Of a stretch of 56,796 nucleotides of DNA, positions 53,392 through 56,796 are shown in pieces. The stretch covers positions 1 to 56,796 of IMG/VR virus record IMGVR_UViG_3300012940_000029; one strand, written 5' to 3'. The notes beneath the pieces were generated by a model, which was not told the DNA's origin, ran no database searches, and saw only the letters and a program-made list of their open reading frames with translations. The position numbers and the translations under genes were made by a program. The DNA is from a virus (taxonomy: Duplodnaviria; Caudoviricetes). How positions within the stretch are numbered: position 1 is the first letter of the stretch; the number at the start of each line of letters is the position of its first letter.

Positions 53392-55206
53392 ATGGCGTCC
53401 CAGGCCGAGATCGTCAGTGCGATGCGCAAGAATCTGGCGATCACCGAGCCAGACCTGGACACCTCCACCGGGTCGGTGACGCGCAAGATCCTGGACGCGG
53501 TCGGGGAGGCGATCTCCGAGGCGTACGTGGATCAGCACCTGCTGACCTACTCCTACGACATCGACTCCAAGACCGAGGGCGACCTGGACGCTTTCGTGGC
53601 GCTGTTCGGGCTGTCGCGGATCCCGGCCAAGCGCGCCACCGGCACGGTGACCTTCAGCCGCTCGGGCGCGGCCGACAAGATCATCGCGATCCCGGTGAAC
53701 TTCCAGCTCAACAACGCCGGGGACCCGAGCGTGGCCGTGCAGACCATCACCGCCGCCGTGATGGACGTCGGGGACCTGAGCGTGAACGTGCCCGTGCAGG
53801 CGGTCTCGGCCGGTCCGGACGGCAACATCCCGCCGGGCACGTTGTATCCGCTCCAGCCGCTGGAGAACATCGCCACCGTCATCAACGCCGAGGCGCTCAC
53901 CGGCGGGGCGGCCCAGGAGACCGACTCCGAGCTGCGTGAGCGCTGGAAGAAGACGGTCTTCCGCAACATGGCGGGCACTGAAAGCATGTATCTCGGGATT
54001 GCCCTCAACGATCCCGATTGCTCGGCCGCCAACGTGGTGGGGGCCTCCCGGCGGCGCAGGGAGCAGCTCCAGATCGTCTCCGGCGAGGCGGTCTCGACGG
54101 TCACTCAGAGCCAGTACAACTACAACGGCTCGCAGATCGTCGGCCGGAACCTGGAGCTGGGCGACATCGCCATCCCGGGGGTGGACTACGTCTGGAACAC
54201 CAGCGTCAACCCGCCCAAGGTGGATGTGCTCAGCGCGACCGCGCTGCCGGACGGCACGCTGATCGACGTGGAGTTCGAGTACGTCCCCTCGGCGTCCCGC
54301 AACGACCTGGCCAACAATATCAACAACAGGATCGACGTGTGGTGCGCGGGCACCCGCCCGATGGAGGCCACCCAGACGGTGGTCTTCCGCAACACGCTCA
54401 CCTTCAACAACACCAGCTCCAGCCAGTACTACCGGCTGGACTACCTGCGGCCGGACGGCACCAACCCGGCCAACGCCAACATCTTCATCCCGCTGGCGTG
54501 GGGGCCGATCATCACGGTGCCCGCCTCGGTGGTGGTCGGCGGGACCACCTACGGCTTGGCCACGGCCGACCACCCGCTTGGCACGTCCTCCGGCGGCGTC
54601 ACCTACGCCTACCAGATCGTCCACCACAACACGCCCTTCGGCTGGGGGCCGCGCTCGCTGTTCGGGCTGGAATGGCACGCCGGGTCGGCCCCGGCTAACG
54701 ACACGGTGTTCTCGCTGGACTACACCTTCAACAGCGTCCCGCACGCGGTGCAGCAGGAGATCGACCGCTGGCGGCTGGTGGGCACCGACGCGATGGCGCA
54801 CCAGGCCAAGAGCATCTTTTTGAAGTTCAACATCGCGCTGATCTACGACTTCAATGTGGATCAGAACGTGGTCAACACTGCGATCAACACCGCGCTGGCG
54901 GACTACCTGTCCAACCTGGGGCTGGCCACCGTGGTGCAGGCGTCCGACGTCCTCCAGACGATCCACAACGTGCCCGGCGTGGACGCGGTGCGCTTCCTGC
55001 ACGCCGACGACGTCACGAGCTGGAACCCGGCCACCCCCAACGCCTTCACGGTCGGCATCCAGCGGGTGATCGGCACCACCGTGGTGGACAGCTACGTGGA
55101 CGCCAACGGGCGGGTCGAGGACATCGTCTTCGCCGACGACGAGGCCCCCACCTTCGGCCTGACGCACATCTCGGTGCGAGCCCAGAACAGCTTCGGGGTG
55201 ACGTGA
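53392..55206 (+). CDS. Baseplate J-like protein
   Basis: ATGTVTFSR..GPDGNIPPG..GGAAQETDSELRER. Confidence 0.92.
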   Translation: MASQAEIVSAMRKNLAITEPDLDTSTGSVTRKILDAVGEAISEAYVDQHLLTYSYDIDSKTEGDLDAFVALFGLSRIPAKRATGTVTFSRSGAADKIIAIPVNFQLNNAGDPSVAVQTITAAVMDVGDLSVNVPVQAVSAGPDGNIPPGTLYPLQPLENIATVINAEALTGGAAQETDSELRERWKKTVFRNMAGTESMYLGIALNDPDCSAANVVGASRRRREQLQIVSGEAVSTVTQSQYNYNGSQIVGRNLELGDIAIPGVDYVWNTSVNPPKVDVLSATALPDGTLIDVEFEYVPSASRNDLANNINNRIDVWCAGTRPMEATQTVVFRNTLTFNNTSSSQYYRLDYLRPDGTNPANANIFIPLAWGPIITVPASVVVGGTTYGLATADHPLGTSSGGVTYAYQIVHHNTPFGWGPRSLFGLEWHAGSAPANDTVFSLDYTFNSVPHAVQQEIDRWRLVGTDAMAHQAKSIFLKFNIALIYDFNVDQNVVNTAINTALADYLSNLGLATVVQASDVLQTIHNVPGVDAVRFLHADDVTSWNPATPNAFTVGIQRVIGTTVVDSYVDANGRVEDIVFADDEAPTFGLTHISVRAQNSFGVT

Positions 55207-56522
55207 TGACCGAGAACTTCACCGGCATCGTCGTCCAGAGCCCGTCGATCTTCGACCAGCAGGCCACGGTCGCCACCAGCCTGCTCCAGCTCCAGACGGT
55301 CACCTCCAGCCCGCTGGCGGTCGAGCTGCCCACTGCCACCGGCATGGTGCTGCCGGACGTGGCCACCTACGACCGGCTGGCGCACTTCCCCGAGGACCTG
55401 TACGACCTGCGGCCCACCTCGCACCTGATGCGGCTGATGAAGGCGCTGCTGGGCGAGGGTGGCGTCGGGCAGCTCCGCAAGCGGTACCTGCTGTGCCAGC
55501 TTGAGCAGGCCCTGGACGGCACGCACTTCTACGACCTGGACAGGTTCTACGGCTCCTTGTTCGGGGCCCGCAGAGGCGTCCTGGGGGCGCTGCCGGTGGA
55601 TCCCATGGAGGAGGTGTGCACTCCCGACGGCTGGGACGAGATCGCCCAGTACGACGCGATCTTCCGGGAGCGGATCATCAAGCTGGCCAAGGCGATCACC
55701 CTGGGCGGCACCCCGATGGGCATGCAGGCGCTGGCCGAGGCGCTGACCGGGGTGGAGTGCGACCTGTACGAGGTCTGGTCGATCCTGGACAGCCACGGCG
55801 AGGCCGGGATCGCCCGCTCCTACAACGAGGTGGAGACCGACTTCAGCAGCTACGAGGCGATGGGCGCATACACCTGGGCGCAGATCTCCAACGCCTTCCA
55901 GGTGGGCAACCTGGGCCTGGACGCCCGCAACGAGTTCGTGGTGCGGCCCAAGACCACCTACGACGTCTCCGACCCGGACAGCGCCCGCAAGCGCGCCGAG
56001 GACCTGTACGGCATCGCCCGGGTGATCAACGTGCTCAAGCCCGCTTTCACGCTGGCGACGGTGGACGACCGGGGCGTGGCGGTGCACGACGAGGCCCCCA
56101 TCGCGGGGGTGTGGGCCGACAGCGAGTTCTGGGAGGTGGTGGCCCGGGTCATCCCGCAGGACGAGCAGGATCCGATCTACCGGCTGCTGTACACCGCCTA
56201 CGACAAGCGGGCCAACCCCAAGGGGATCGAGAAGGTGATCCCCCGGCCGCCGTTCTCGGCTAGCCAGGGCCAGCAGTGGAGCTACGTCAACGAGGTCACC
56301 AAGGTGGAGAGCTATAACGCCCTCACCTATGACGGCGGGCCCGAGCGGGGCAAGACCAACTACGACCGGGTGAAGTTCTACGACGGCAGCACCATCAGCT
56401 ACCGCCCCGAGTACGCGCTGATCGACCCCCGGCAAGCGCTGGTGTCCCAGACGGCCGGGGACGGCTCGATCGTCTCGCATCCCTACAGCGGAGCCCGCCG
56501 GGTCGTGCCGACCCATGGATAG
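55206..56522 (+). CDS. Baseplate wedge (gpI-like) protein
   Basis: Follows J; DAIFRERI..GGTPMGM..LKPAFT. Confidence 0.7.
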   Translation: MTENFTGIVVQSPSIFDQQATVATSLLQLQTVTSSPLAVELPTATGMVLPDVATYDRLAHFPEDLYDLRPTSHLMRLMKALLGEGGVGQLRKRYLLCQLEQALDGTHFYDLDRFYGSLFGARRGVLGALPVDPMEEVCTPDGWDEIAQYDAIFRERIIKLAKAITLGGTPMGMQALAEALTGVECDLYEVWSILDSHGEAGIARSYNEVETDFSSYEAMGAYTWAQISNAFQVGNLGLDARNEFVVRPKTTYDVSDPDSARKRAEDLYGIARVINVLKPAFTLATVDDRGVAVHDEAPIAGVWADSEFWEVVARVIPQDEQDPIYRLLYTAYDKRANPKGIEKVIPRPPFSASQGQQWSYVNEVTKVESYNALTYDGGPERGKTNYDRVKFYDGSTISYRPEYALIDPRQALVSQTAGDGSIVSHPYSGARRVVPTHG

Positions 56523-56537
56523 GAGGAGCAGCCGCCC

Positions 56538-56795
56538 GTGACCGAGACCCCCGACTTCCAGCTCCCGGGTGATTTCGGGCTGCCTGCGGTGTCCCAGCTC
56601 TATGTGGGCGGGATGAAGATCGAGGACGTGATCGCCGCGTCGCAGAAGACCTCCCCGCCGAAGGTCGCCGATTCCCAGCGGTTCTGGGCTTCGCCGCCGC
56701 TGCCGCTGAACCACAAGAGCCTGGACGGCATCGTCATCAATCTGGCGAAGCCGAAGAAGATCAACTACCTGTCGCTGGATCTGCCGCATTTCCCT
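56538..56795 (+). CDS. Partial tail/baseplate protein, runs off the window
   Basis: GTG after AGGAGGAG; open to the window end. Confidence 0.65.
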   Translation, partial: MTETPDFQLPGDFGLPAVSQLYVGGMKIEDVIAASQKTSPPKVADSQRFWASPPLPLNHKSLDGIVINLAKPKKINYLSLDLPHFP

Positions 56796-56796
56796 C

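Noticed and set aside
2317-56789. Many long minus-strand ORFs (e.g. 2317-4695, 5059-7902, 49554-52082)
   Set aside because: Antisense shadows of high-GC3 plus-strand genes; no RBS or recognisable motifs

Overview
This is a 56.8 kb segment of a high-GC actinophage with a contractile tail. Gene order and the major capsid sequence resemble, from memory, the Bxz1/cluster C myoviruses; a DUF397 gene suggests a filamentous actinomycete host. The + strand carries the virion module: intein-bearing Zn-ribbon protein, portal, a large head-associated protein, holin-like membrane trio, prohead protease, scaffold, decoration protein, major capsid, neck and minor proteins, sheath, tube, frameshifted tail assembly chaperone, tape measure and baseplate. 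Accessory islands lie at about 9.9-12.2 kb and 26.6-36.6 kb, the second including a tRNA cluster. Main unexpected signals: (1) head genes built as cassettes of ART-, GNAT-, NUDIX- and SWIM-like modules separated by a recurring (K/R)xSSLP..A linker and carrying QxxLF motifs; (2) four free-standing nucleases at termini of essential genes, with a recoded replacement terminus and often a stranded relic of the old one; (3) a 19-20 bp palindromic operator in 10 accessory promoters and a separate 11-copy late promoter motif; (4) a tRNA array interleaved with non-canonical tRNA-like and structured RNAs, one antisense to the leader shared by operator-controlled genes; (5) Cys/His-rich microproteins in two paralogous families and two 13-aa peptides with their own expression signals. 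All calls come from reading the sequence by eye; no searches or folding programs were run.
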